Positions 9,333 to 18,653 of a stretch of 64,000 bases of DNA are shown piece by piece (position 1 is the stretch's first letter; every line of letters begins with the position of its first letter). The stretch comes from Giardia intestinalis (Eukaryota). Both the position numbers and the translations under genes were made by a program. Where the stretch lies: assembly GCA_000002435.2 (NCBI GenBank), contig CM018792.1. One strand, 5' to 3'. The notes beneath the pieces were generated by a model that saw only the letters and a program-made list of their open reading frames with translations, did no database searches and had not been told where the DNA came from.

Positions 9333-10880
9333 TTACTCACTATGAGGGACGGCTGAAGCAGTGGGTGGATGGAGGCTTGCGCTTGTGGATAAAGCGCTAC
9401 CAGTCACTTCCCGGTGCTTCTTCAGAGGAATATATTTGGCAGCATCCTCAATCTCGTCCTTCGTAAGAAACGTGAGATTCTGTGGTTTCTCGGGGACATC
9501 ACAGCGATCACACTCCGTGAGGTGCTCAACAAAGTTCACGTCTTCGTCAACTGGATTCATCTTCGAGATCATGCGCTCAAGCTCCTGGTTCACGCGCTTG
9601 GCTTCTAAGTCGTCATCATACCCTTGTCTCAGAGTGTTGCGTAGGTTACTTCTATTGAGCTCATCCTCCCTTCGCTGAGCCTCATCAAGCTCCTTTAATC
9701 GGGCAGCATTGGCACGCTCGCGCTCTATCTCCTCTCTACGCTGCCGCTCGGCTTGTTCCTTCTGGTTTTTGATTTCGTCCGCCAAGTCTTTCGCCATCTG
9801 CCTATTGTGCTTTCGTGTCTCCTCTGCCAGTCGTGCATTTTCAGCGGCTATTTGATCGTGTAGCTTCCTTGCTATTTCCTTTTCACGCTCGCGCTCCTCT
9901 GTCTCCTTGGCCAATTGCTCGTCTTTAAGACGTTTTTGTTCTGCAGCAAAGTCATTTAGTTCAGCGAGTTTTCTAAGTCTCTCAGCTTCAGTTTCTTCCT
10001 GCCTTCCTACGGGCCCAATATAATCGTTTATCGCTGCCTTCTCCTCCTCGCGTCGCCTATCAGCCTCCTCCTTGCGCCTACGGATGTCAGCCTCGTGGTC
10101 ACGTTTCTGTTGGTCGGCAAAAGCACGCTGGCGTTCCAGTTCTCGCTGAGCATACTCCTGTGCCTCTCGACGTGCAGCCTCTTGTTGTTCCTTTTCGCGT
10201 TCTAACTCGCGCTGCATAGCCTCCCGTGCAGCTTGACGTGCCTTCTCACTCGCTCTAATTGCGGCCTGGGCATCATCTTGCACCCGCTTTCTCTGCAAAC
10301 GTTCAAGAGCAGCCTCGATATCAGCCAACTTTTTAGCATCATCTGCCTGTTGCTTGGCCGTCTTCTTTTCTTTGTCGCGTTCCATCTCTTCCAATAGCTT
10401 CCTCTTCGCCATATTTAGCTCATTGATGCATGTTGGACACCATGCATCCTCGCAGCGATCAACAACAATTCCAGATTTCATTGGATCATTGTGCCTGCAG
10501 TGAAGCGCCTTCTGCTCATTATAGTCTTTCATAGCAGCAAGAAGGTCCTTCTTTTCATCCAAGCTCATTGCTGCTAGTTGTGCAGTGGTGACGTAGGGTG
10601 CTGCTTTGGGCTGAATCCGAGAGCTGCCAGCAGAACCAGTGCTTGATCGAAGACAGCCTTCTTGTGGAGTCCTCTTTGCAGACGAGTTACCCACTGGAGT
10701 CATGGAGCCAGAGGGCGCCAAATCGTCCAACTTCAGATCACGCGGCTTAGCAGCTGGACTCACCACAGGTGGCTTCTCGCGGGGAGCCACAACCTTAAGC
10801 TCAGTGGAGCGGCTGATGGGATGGATGGGCTCGCTGGGAATGCTAACACCCAGGCTTCCCAGAATATCAAAGTCTGTCAT
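9333..10880 (-). CDS. charged coiled-coil protein with N-proximal Cys/His cluster (hypothetical)
   Basis: 515 aa, ATG at 10880 with aaaaaaATG upstream. Long Glu/Arg/Lys/Ala-rich heptad regions and a CRHN...CEDAWCPTC cluster. Confidence 0.6.
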   Translation of the reverse strand: MTDFDILGSLGVSIPSEPIHPISRSTELKVVAPREKPPVVSPAAKPRDLKLDDLAPSGSMTPVGNSSAKRTPQEGCLRSSTGSAGSSRIQPKAAPYVTTAQLAAMSLDEKKDLLAAMKDYNEQKALHCRHNDPMKSGIVVDRCEDAWCPTCINELNMAKRKLLEEMERDKEKKTAKQQADDAKKLADIEAALERLQRKRVQDDAQAAIRASEKARQAAREAMQRELEREKEQQEAARREAQEYAQRELERQRAFADQQKRDHEADIRRRKEEADRRREEEKAAINDYIGPVGRQEETEAERLRKLAELNDFAAEQKRLKDEQLAKETEEREREKEIARKLHDQIAAENARLAEETRKHNRQMAKDLADEIKNQKEQAERQRREEIERERANAARLKELDEAQRREDELNRSNLRNTLRQGYDDDLEAKRVNQELERMISKMNPVDEDVNFVEHLTECDRCDVPEKPQNLTFLTKDEIEDAAKYIPLKKHREVTGSALSTSASLHPPTASAVPHSE

Positions 10881-10911
10881 TTTTTTATCGAGTTTTGCGG
10901 ATCATTTTTGC

Positions 10912-11634
10912 ATGACGGGCGGAACAGATCTTCCGCGACGCGACTGGCGAGAAAGCGAAGACGAGGTGCGGCTCCCTTCTTTGTCTTTTCACGTGAGCGA
11001 CGAATACTTAGGAAGCGCTAGTGTCCAAGCTTCAGAGATATCGATTATTGCATTAGTCTCGAAACCGCTAATCAACACATTTCTAGAGGACGGACGAAAA
11101 GGGCAATTGGTTGTCATTATTCCATCGCAATATACGTCTGCCACATCATTTCTTTCTCTCTTACAGAGGATGCTTGAGTCTATGGTTCTCTTGGAGGCAC
11201 TCACAGCGACTCGTGTGATACTGCGCATACTCCCGTTGTCTCTCAATGGATCGGAACTTTCATGGCTTCATCTGGCCGGCATGTTGGCCTTAGTTGATTC
11301 AGGAATTCCATTACGTTATCTCAGCACGATGGTAGGAGTTGGACTGTCATACAATAAGCACGATGCATCCCAGAAGATAGTCCTTGATCCATACGGTGGA
11401 GAAGCAGACGCAACTCTCTATGTGGAGGCAGCCATAGATTCAATAGATGTAGAATGTAAGGAAGCTCCTGCAACAAGCGTTATAGCAAACCACACAAGAA
11501 GTACAGCTCCCAAGAATATCATTAGAACAGTGGCTAATGGTCCTCTTCTTGTTTCCCACCTTGACCTGTGTATATGCAAAGCCATGAGTGCTTTAGAGCC
11601 ACTTAACAGATGTATCCTACAAGCAATAGCTTAG
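10912..11634 (+). CDS. RNase PH-like protein (possible exosome subunit)
   Basis: The track ORF starts at 10639 and overlaps the divergent gene. The first ATG clear of the overlap is 10912 (catttttgcATG). ALTATRVILRILPLSLNG...LAGMLALVDSGIPLRYL resembles the RNase PH fold C-terminal block (AVLDAGIPMRD in Rrp41-type proteins). Confidence 0.5.
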   Translation: MTGGTDLPRRDWRESEDEVRLPSLSFHVSDEYLGSASVQASEISIIALVSKPLINTFLEDGRKGQLVVIIPSQYTSATSFLSLLQRMLESMVLLEALTATRVILRILPLSLNGSELSWLHLAGMLALVDSGIPLRYLSTMVGVGLSYNKHDASQKIVLDPYGGEADATLYVEAAIDSIDVECKEAPATSVIANHTRSTAPKNIIRTVANGPLLVSHLDLCICKAMSALEPLNRCILQAIA

Positions 11635-11661
11635 CTACTCAACTAGGTATTAACCTCATCT

Positions 11662-14600
11662 TTAGATGAAGTTTCTATCGGTCATTTGTGTAAATTTGTC
11701 AATGTACCAGTGCGTCAAATTGTACTTTGCGGCAAAGGGCTGCTTTCGCAGTGCCCAGAAAACAGAGAGGCACAAAGGATTTCGCATAAATGACAGACTA
11801 TCCAAATCACTAATGGTATTAAAGGAGATTGCAGAGCGAATAGTCCTTATGAGAAAACCGGCGCAATAATGCTTGAGAATAATATGCTGAGCTGGAAGAC
11901 TCTCTGGGGGAAGAATAAAGTCTAGACGACCGTAAATATGTCGTATGTCATGCAGGAGGATATACGGTGGGACAAGTCCGTAGAGATCTTGAGACGGCGA
12001 AGCATAGATGCAGGTCAAGCCGTACTCACGCACTTCTGAATCCAGGTCCAGCTCTTTATCATCAAGAAAATACGGTAGCAGAAGAAGAAGCATGCGTATG
12101 CAGTAGCTTTGAAGACAGGTTAGATCGTAAATAGCCTCCTTAGTTTCTGGATTCATCTTCTCTGCGGTGCTAGAAAGCAAACTAAGCTTGAGTTGTTCTT
12201 GTGCTAGCTTCTTGTCCAACAGAATACCCAATATTGATCCTATTGCGTAAAGAAGATTGGTAACCAAAAATGGATCTTTAATACTTAGCTTACCAGACTT
12301 AAGCACGATAACTGGTTGAGGGTCTGTATACTCCTGAGTACCTGGAGTGTGTATGTTTGAGAGAACGTAGCCGTGTAATAAATGAATTAAAAGAATCAAT
12401 AGAAATTTCAATCGACGAAGATTGGAAAGTAAAATACTTATATGTGAATTTTGTATGAGAAGCCCAAGTGCCTCAAAAAGGCGAAAATCAATGGTTATTT
12501 GCAGACCGATGAGCCATTGAAAGGTGGTGAAATGGGTCCCGATAGAAGGGCTTGTTTCTGCATATTGCTCAGTAAACTGGATTGGAAGATCTGCAGTGAA
12601 AATCTCAAAGATGCTCCCAGTCTGCCAGTTAGGTGGCCCGGGGTGGGCAGATGATGCTGAAGGAGATGTCTCGGAAATTGAAGGGCTGTGTCTATCTTCG
12701 TAGCGTTTATATGTGCTAAGAAGAATATAGGTTGCTTCGTAGATAGAATAATTTAGAATCAGGGTATACAACAGGCTCTCTTTGCAGTCAATAATGTTGA
12801 ATATTCCATCAGCGCAACGGCCAGTGAATACAGCAAGGCTGATGAGGTAAGAAACGTCTCCATATGGTGTCCATGAAATGATGGGGTGACTATCCTCATT
12901 AGCAAAAAGGATACGATAACATAATTTGAAAGCTAACTCCCAGGAAAGACCTACTTCCCATATGTTAATATCACTGAATGAATCTGCAAAGGATTGAATC
13001 GTGAACAACATGTACAGATCAAAGAATCGCTTGTTGACACAGTCATTCAACACGGTAGCTGCTCTATCCATCAATCCGCTATTAGATAGATCTACAAATA
13101 GGCTGCGTATCTTTAAAATGGGGATTTCAGTCTTATTTATGACCGGGTTGTCTGCTGAAAGAATGCACGGAGGATCATTCATCAAGTCAAAAGTTGGTTG
13201 AGCTCGTTGTGAATGCTCCTGAAGCATAAGAGCTAGAACCTGGGGAAAGTATGTGTCCATGTCCAGATGAAAATCAACAATATACAGGAAGCTTCTGGCA
13301 AGAGATAATGTCTCAAACAATGTGCCCATGCGACACTCATGCAGAGAAGCGTTGCAGTATGAGATTATTGAATGAGATACACCGTAGCTGTGTGATACTG
13401 GTTGCTGAACATGTGTTAGGATTGCTTCTATCAAAGAGTAATCGTTGCTTTGTGTATTATAGTGTCCTCCTTCTTCGGCAATCTGGTATGGATAGGTGTT
13501 ATGGTGATGTATCCGTCTGAGGCCTCTGTATCTTCTAGTTGTATCCACTGCTTTACAATCGGCATAGTATTGTCTATACAAGAGAGTTAGCATATGCTGG
13601 GCTTCTTCGTTACTTAGATAAGTATGGGAACACTCTGCCTTGCACTGATTGCTAACTGAGCGTCCAATTGCTTCAACATATCCTAGCTTTTCATTAATAC
13701 TGTAGTATTCGTTTAGCTCTGATATCACCGAAACACTCTGTGACAAGGAGCTACTGGACTTGAAGCAGGAGAAATCGGGAATAAAATGTGTTACTTTTGA
13801 CTTTCGTCGTCGTGATGTTGAGAATTCTCCAAATGACCGGGCTTTCCTTAGTTTGGCATCTTTTGCCACTTGGCGCAGTTCGTGTTCTTCACAGACAAGG
13901 TTTAGTGGTTGAGATTTGTAATCAGAAGTAGCTTTTCGCGAAGGAGACACAAAAGATGATGGCGACGTTTTAGCTGTCATGCTTTCAAGCTTCAGTAAAG
14001 GCTGCTTATTGATACTTGGACCCTTTTTAGGAAGAGAAAACGATCGAGAGAATAACTCACGACGCTTTTGGACTAGAGAGTCAAAGTTTAGATCTAAATC
14101 GGAGGAAGAGCTTAGTTCTGACTCACTGCTAGACAGATCCTTTGGAGGAGGTAACGCTGCATCCAGCAGTCGATATTCTACATGTCTTTTTCTTGACAAT
14201 AAGCAACCTGTGGAAGAACTTTGCAAAAACCTATCTGATTGCAAGCGAGTCAGCGAAGCCTTCTCAGTCGCTACACATGTGACTGAAGATTTTGGCTGTG
14301 CTTTATTTGGCCAAACATGAGATAGTCTTTTCACATCCTTGAAAGCAGGTCCATCCAGGACGGTATCAGTGTTATCGGTTTCACTAAAGACGGGTGCAGA
14401 TAACTCTCGTATGACATGTGCTGGGGCTATTTCAGAAAATGTACTGCAGCTAAGGGATGTTGCTGATTCTTCTACGTTACAAGTAAGCCTTGCTGCATTA
14501 GGATTGATACTGGATCGATTCTTTTTATAGTGCTTCATCTCATTAGCTAGTATTCGTGGCGAAAATCCACCTATTTCTAGGAAGAGCATAGCGGCATTTT

Positions 14601-15255
14601 GTACCCTGCGAGAGTGATAGTTCTTGGATATGATGTTACAAAGAGCGCTATGCAAAATGTCAGACCGACTCCTTTGCGCATCAAGTGCAGCACACCTAAG
14701 CTCTACTGAGGGCTTAAATATCTGTGACACTTGTGACAGGGGAGATTGCATGATAAAGGCCTCATGCTCTTTGATCTTTTCCATGTTGGTCATGTGTGTA
14801 GCAAGAATAGTAGGCGCTGTTTGTTTTGAAATAGGTTGGCAGACGATAGAACTAGGAGATCGCTCATGACATTGAGCCTGCGGGCGAAGAGTTACTCCTA
14901 CGGGTGAAGCGTAAGTCTTGGGGAATACAGTCGCACGGTTAATTGGGGACGACTGTGCTGTCGGATCGATGCTATGATTTGCTTTAGATGGGCGCATTTT
15001 AATGGAGTTATACTCAGCTATGGCATCTGCTGAATATGGAACAACCGGGACACGGCCTTTTGTACTAGCTGCCAAGCGACTAGAAAAAAGATACCCGTGA
15101 GAACTGTGTTGCCTTCCATTTGATATCTCATGAGCTTTGTGTGACGAAGCTGTGGCTACAGTCGACCTGGCACAATTCAAAGGTGGCTCGTGGGCTGCAT
15201 TACGCCGGGAGAGCTTCTCTTCAACCTTTACTTTAATAAAAGGCACCGGCACCAT
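11662..15255 (-). CDS. large hypothetical protein (about 1197 aa)
   Basis: One continuous minus-strand ORF. The track start at 15300 is GTG. The first ATG is at 15255 (MVPVPF...). No motif recognised. Confidence 0.6.
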   Translation of the reverse strand: MVPVPFIKVKVEEKLSRRNAAHEPPLNCARSTVATASSHKAHEISNGRQHSSHGYLFSSRLAASTKGRVPVVPYSADAIAEYNSIKMRPSKANHSIDPTAQSSPINRATVFPKTYASPVGVTLRPQAQCHERSPSSIVCQPISKQTAPTILATHMTNMEKIKEHEAFIMQSPLSQVSQIFKPSVELRCAALDAQRSRSDILHSALCNIISKNYHSRRVQNAAMLFLEIGGFSPRILANEMKHYKKNRSSINPNAARLTCNVEESATSLSCSTFSEIAPAHVIRELSAPVFSETDNTDTVLDGPAFKDVKRLSHVWPNKAQPKSSVTCVATEKASLTRLQSDRFLQSSSTGCLLSRKRHVEYRLLDAALPPPKDLSSSESELSSSSDLDLNFDSLVQKRRELFSRSFSLPKKGPSINKQPLLKLESMTAKTSPSSFVSPSRKATSDYKSQPLNLVCEEHELRQVAKDAKLRKARSFGEFSTSRRRKSKVTHFIPDFSCFKSSSSLSQSVSVISELNEYYSINEKLGYVEAIGRSVSNQCKAECSHTYLSNEEAQHMLTLLYRQYYADCKAVDTTRRYRGLRRIHHHNTYPYQIAEEGGHYNTQSNDYSLIEAILTHVQQPVSHSYGVSHSIISYCNASLHECRMGTLFETLSLARSFLYIVDFHLDMDTYFPQVLALMLQEHSQRAQPTFDLMNDPPCILSADNPVINKTEIPILKIRSLFVDLSNSGLMDRAATVLNDCVNKRFFDLYMLFTIQSFADSFSDINIWEVGLSWELAFKLCYRILFANEDSHPIISWTPYGDVSYLISLAVFTGRCADGIFNIIDCKESLLYTLILNYSIYEATYILLSTYKRYEDRHSPSISETSPSASSAHPGPPNWQTGSIFEIFTADLPIQFTEQYAETSPSIGTHFTTFQWLIGLQITIDFRLFEALGLLIQNSHISILLSNLRRLKFLLILLIHLLHGYVLSNIHTPGTQEYTDPQPVIVLKSGKLSIKDPFLVTNLLYAIGSILGILLDKKLAQEQLKLSLLSSTAEKMNPETKEAIYDLTCLQSYCIRMLLLLLPYFLDDKELDLDSEVREYGLTCIYASPSQDLYGLVPPYILLHDIRHIYGRLDFILPPESLPAQHIILKHYCAGFLIRTIRSAISFNTISDLDSLSFMRNPLCLSVFWALRKQPFAAKYNLTHWYIDKFTQMTDRNFI

Positions 15256-15543
15256 CCACTTATAGCTGGTAAATATGAAAACCAAATATGCTCTGAACAC
15301 GAAGACTTAAAATGTAACTCATATTTACCAATCACAGTATAGCCATCTTACTCATTACAAGTTCTCCAATATCTTAATTGTTATTGTGTGCTATTAAGGT
15401 AAGCAGCTGCTTCACTCATCGTTCGAGAGTATGCCATTTACCAACCAAAGGACTGCTTCTTTATGCCCGCAAAAGTGCACACTGGAGCCACAAGCGGCGG
15501 GAACAGTAACTATGGCTGATGCCCCCATGTGATAACTTTAAAA

Positions 15544-17673
15544 ATGCAGCTACCTAAGGTTTATCGGAAGTGCAAAACATGTCTAGTAGGAAATAGTCTG
15601 CTCCATTGCGTCGCCGAATCACTCACTGTACAAGGTCTGACTCCTGAAAAACTAATCTCACTAGCCAAGCGGCTAGTAAGCAAGTGCTCTGGGGTGGGTC
15701 ACGCTTTGATTTCATACTATAGCGTGACTATAAAAGGTGTTAGCACAATAGAGTTTATATCTCCATATGTAGGATGGTCCATAGAAGACTATCTCATGCT
15801 TACACTATATGAGGGAAGGACCATTCCAGAGGAACAAGTATATAGATTTATGGCCGCCATCATTTGGATACTTAACCAGCTCGTGCACATATGCAGAACC
15901 TCACTTCTTATGTGGATCTTTCTTGGATACGCCAATCTATCACTAAATAATTTCTGCCTAGATGAGTTTGGAGCAATACGTTTCCGCTTAGATCTAGGTC
16001 ACACGCTAAAGAACATGATACTGGTCGATGAACGACTTGCGGACTGGCCACGGATCAAAGGGAGTGAGTTAGGTGTTCATCTTAAACTGCATATAATACA
16101 GTGCATCTTACGTCTAGCGTTTCCCCTTAACAATTTAGAAATAAATGGAATTGATCCGTACTCGGGCGCATTTTCTCGAGTATTTAAAGACTCGGAACGA
16201 AGCAAGGTGTTTTGCAGTCGCATGGAGCGTTTAATTTATTTATTTCAAAAAGAAGACATAACGTTAAGTCATATATTACATACAAACTTATTCAAAACAG
16301 AATTAGAAAAGTACTGGCAATCCTTGGGCATAACAGCAGATGACGATGCATCAACGCCTCTCATCGACTCTGTGCGTGCAAACGATATACAAAAAATATA
16401 CAATTTTTATGGACGGCAGGCTGGAATGATGACTTCTTCTGGTAAAACTGCACTTATGATAGCAGCTTCCAGAGGAGACACACGCGTGACCACACTCTTA
16501 GCGACACGGGAAGCTAACTACAGAGACATTTATGGAAACTATGCAACTCTGCTGGCAATCAAGAATGGATACAAAAATGTGGCGTTGCACCTTGCAGCGT
16601 ATGAGTCCATGGTTCTTCAAGAGGATGGTATCACCCCGTTAATGCTTCACGTTATCGGCAAAAATCTACAAGTCCCATTTCAAGAACTGATACAGGATGC
16701 GGGGAAGCAAATGAAAAATGGATTTTCTGCTCTTATGATTGCTTCCTTGACTAATGATCTGGACTATTCAATGGTACTCGCAAAGAAAGAGGCAGGATTG
16801 TGTAACGCAGAAGGGAAGACAGCAGGAACACTAGCTAACGAGCAAGGAAATACACAAATTTCACAATTCTTGGCTCGTTATGAAATAGTAATGGGAGTTG
16901 ATGGAGAAACACAGCTTCATCAAGCAGTATTAGCGGGTGATCTGCGCGCAGTGGAAGCTTATGTACATGCTGCACGTTCATATAATAAGGCTGGCTATAC
17001 AGCGTTAGGATTAGCAGCAAAGTTCAATCATACTGATATCATAAAAACTCTGATTCCCCACGAAGCTGGGATGCGGTGTAAAGTTAGCTTCGAGGCATGC
17101 GGCAGGACGTTTCAGGATCCAACGGCTTTGGCCATAGCAGTCTATCATAATAACGAGCAGGCAGTGAATCTTTTAAAACGGTATGAGGCAGGATTGGGAA
17201 TGAAGCCCCTCCAAACTACTGCCATGATGCTTGCAGCAGCGTGCGGATATAGCGGACTTATATCTCTTCTGCGAACTCGAGAAGAAAAGATGCAAGACAC
17301 ACACGGCAACACCGCGCTGATGTACGCCGTGAATAGCTCTTCCCTAGACGCAGTTTATAAACTAATGAAATACGAATCTCGAATACAAAATACAGAAGGA
17401 TACACTGCACTTATGTATGCTGCCTTCCACAATAAGGTACAAATTGTTGCTGCTCTTATGAAACTGGAAGAGGGGATGATCAATGTGCAAGGCGAACCGG
17501 CTATTATCTGTGCTATCAAGGCAGAAGCTAAAGAGTGTATAAGTATACTTGTTCGAGGATCAGAGGTGTCGTATTCTAAACAGTGTATTGAAATGATTAA
17601 ATCCAGTGCTACACTGACTTGCGCTATGAAGAGAGTTATGTTGAGGTATTTTAAAGAGGAGAAATTTCATTGA
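15544..17673 (+). CDS. ankyrin-repeat protein ('protein 21.1'-like) with a possible degenerate kinase-like N-terminal region
   Basis: The track start at 15529 is GTG and follows an ATG-TGA. The real start is ATG 15544 in aactttaaaaATGcag. The C-terminal two thirds are tandem TALMxAAxxG...V..LL ankyrin repeats. The N-terminal 270 aa has alphaE/catalytic-loop-like spacing but no GxGxxG, HRD or DFG. Confidence 0.8.
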   Translation: MQLPKVYRKCKTCLVGNSLLHCVAESLTVQGLTPEKLISLAKRLVSKCSGVGHALISYYSVTIKGVSTIEFISPYVGWSIEDYLMLTLYEGRTIPEEQVYRFMAAIIWILNQLVHICRTSLLMWIFLGYANLSLNNFCLDEFGAIRFRLDLGHTLKNMILVDERLADWPRIKGSELGVHLKLHIIQCILRLAFPLNNLEINGIDPYSGAFSRVFKDSERSKVFCSRMERLIYLFQKEDITLSHILHTNLFKTELEKYWQSLGITADDDASTPLIDSVRANDIQKIYNFYGRQAGMMTSSGKTALMIAASRGDTRVTTLLATREANYRDIYGNYATLLAIKNGYKNVALHLAAYESMVLQEDGITPLMLHVIGKNLQVPFQELIQDAGKQMKNGFSALMIASLTNDLDYSMVLAKKEAGLCNAEGKTAGTLANEQGNTQISQFLARYEIVMGVDGETQLHQAVLAGDLRAVEAYVHAARSYNKAGYTALGLAAKFNHTDIIKTLIPHEAGMRCKVSFEACGRTFQDPTALAIAVYHNNEQAVNLLKRYEAGLGMKPLQTTAMMLAAACGYSGLISLLRTREEKMQDTHGNTALMYAVNSSSLDAVYKLMKYESRIQNTEGYTALMYAAFHNKVQIVAALMKLEEGMINVQGEPAIICAIKAEAKECISILVRGSEVSYSKQCIEMIKSSATLTCAMKRVMLRYFKEEKFH

Positions 17674-18611
17674 ATACCAAACCTTTGTGATAGTTTTCTT
17701 GCCCGTTCCATGTCCATGCTTAGTACAGTTGATAGTCCTTTCCAAATGACAGGGTCGAACTCATGTTGGTAAGCAGAATCTACTTGATCATCTGATTGCT
17801 GCGTATCCGAAAAACAAATTGTTGACCTAACATATAAAGACTCATATTCGTGCTTATTAAGGTCTATTTGTAGACCATGAATTGCGTAAAGTCGTTGCTG
17901 TTCTATCTTATCTGTGTATCTTCTTATCGTAATTAATCCTTCTGCATACAATTGCGCTATATCAAAGATAGCATGCACCGTTCGAGTAAAGTCTGTTGGG
18001 CTGAGAAATACGAAGGCCAGGGGGTAGAAGCCGCGGCGCGAGAGCTCCGTGACCCGCGCGAGGAGCCCCTGCTTCCGGCGCTCCTGGAGCTCGGCGCCGC
18101 ACATCGCGAGGGCCTCGTAGCGCCGCCGCTCGACGGCCTGCGCGCCGGAGGGCTCTGCCTCCCGGGGCCGCGGGGGAGCCCTGGGGGCTGCGGGCCCTGC
18201 GGTGCCGGCGGCGCACCCCGCGTACAGCGAGGCCGCGAGCTCGGGCGGGAAGCGGGCGGCGTACCCGGCCTGGAACGCGTCGGCGAGGAGGCGCAGGTCG
18301 ACGCGCGGCGGGTCTGCAGGGGCCCCGGCCCGGGGGAGGAGCCGCAGCTGGCCGCGGAGGAAGCCGGCGCCCTGGTCCTCGGCCGCCCGGGCCACCCGCG
18401 CCTCCAGGCTCCGGGCAGACAGGCGCACCGTGGCGGACAGCGCGGCCTCCGTCTGCAGCATCAGGCCGACGTCCCCCCGGGGCTGGGCGGCGTAGGACTC
18501 GTAGCCGTCCCGGAGCTCGGCCAGGAGCGCCGTGACCGCCGCGTGGTCCCGGGCCTGCGCGGCCGCCTGCACCCGGGCGGAGACGCTCGCGAGGCGCGCA
18601 CGGGGCTCCAT
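17667..18611 (-). CDS. island gene A: small Ala/Arg-rich protein. 203 aa are encoded inside the island, and in this copy the frame stays open for 111 more codons into flanking DNA
   Basis: The GC3-rich frame on the minus strand runs from ATG (18609-18611, MEPRARLAS...) down to the island edge at 18004. In copy 1 there is no stop until 17667-17669. In copy 2 the same frame stops 4 codons outside the island. Confidence 0.5.
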   Translation of the reverse strand: MEPRARLASVSARVQAAAQARDHAAVTALLAELRDGYESYAAQPRGDVGLMLQTEAALSATVRLSARSLEARVARAAEDQGAGFLRGQLRLLPRAGAPADPPRVDLRLLADAFQAGYAARFPPELAASLYAGCAAGTAGPAAPRAPPRPREAEPSGAQAVERRRYEALAMCGAELQERRKQGLLARVTELSRRGFYPLAFVFLSPTDFTRTVHAIFDIAQLYAEGLITIRRYTDKIEQQRLYAIHGLQIDLNKHEYESLYVRSTICFSDTQQSDDQVDSAYQHEFDPVIWKGLSTVLSMDMERARKLSQRFGIQ

Positions 18612-18621
18612 CGGACGGGGC

Positions 18622-18650
18622 GGAATTTTGCCGGCCGGCCAAAAATTCAC
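18622..18650. promoter_or_regulatory. palindromic AT-containing spacer between divergent island genes A and B (putative bidirectional initiator)
   Basis: ggaattttgccggccggccaaaaattcac is a near-perfect inverted repeat (aattttGCCGGCCGGCCaaaaatt). It is one of only about four AT-containing spots in the island and sits exactly between the two ATGs at 18611 (-) and 18654 (+). Confidence 0.4.
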
Positions 18651-18653
18651 TCG

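Noticed and set aside
17952-18653. N-terminal part of track ORF 17952..19793 (+) and the 5' part of track ORF 17667..20009 (-, upstream of 18611).
   Set aside because: GC3 periodicity is on the minus strand between 18004 and 18611 and on the plus strand only from 18654 onward. The long track ORFs are fusions of a real gene with shadow sequence across the divergent spacer.
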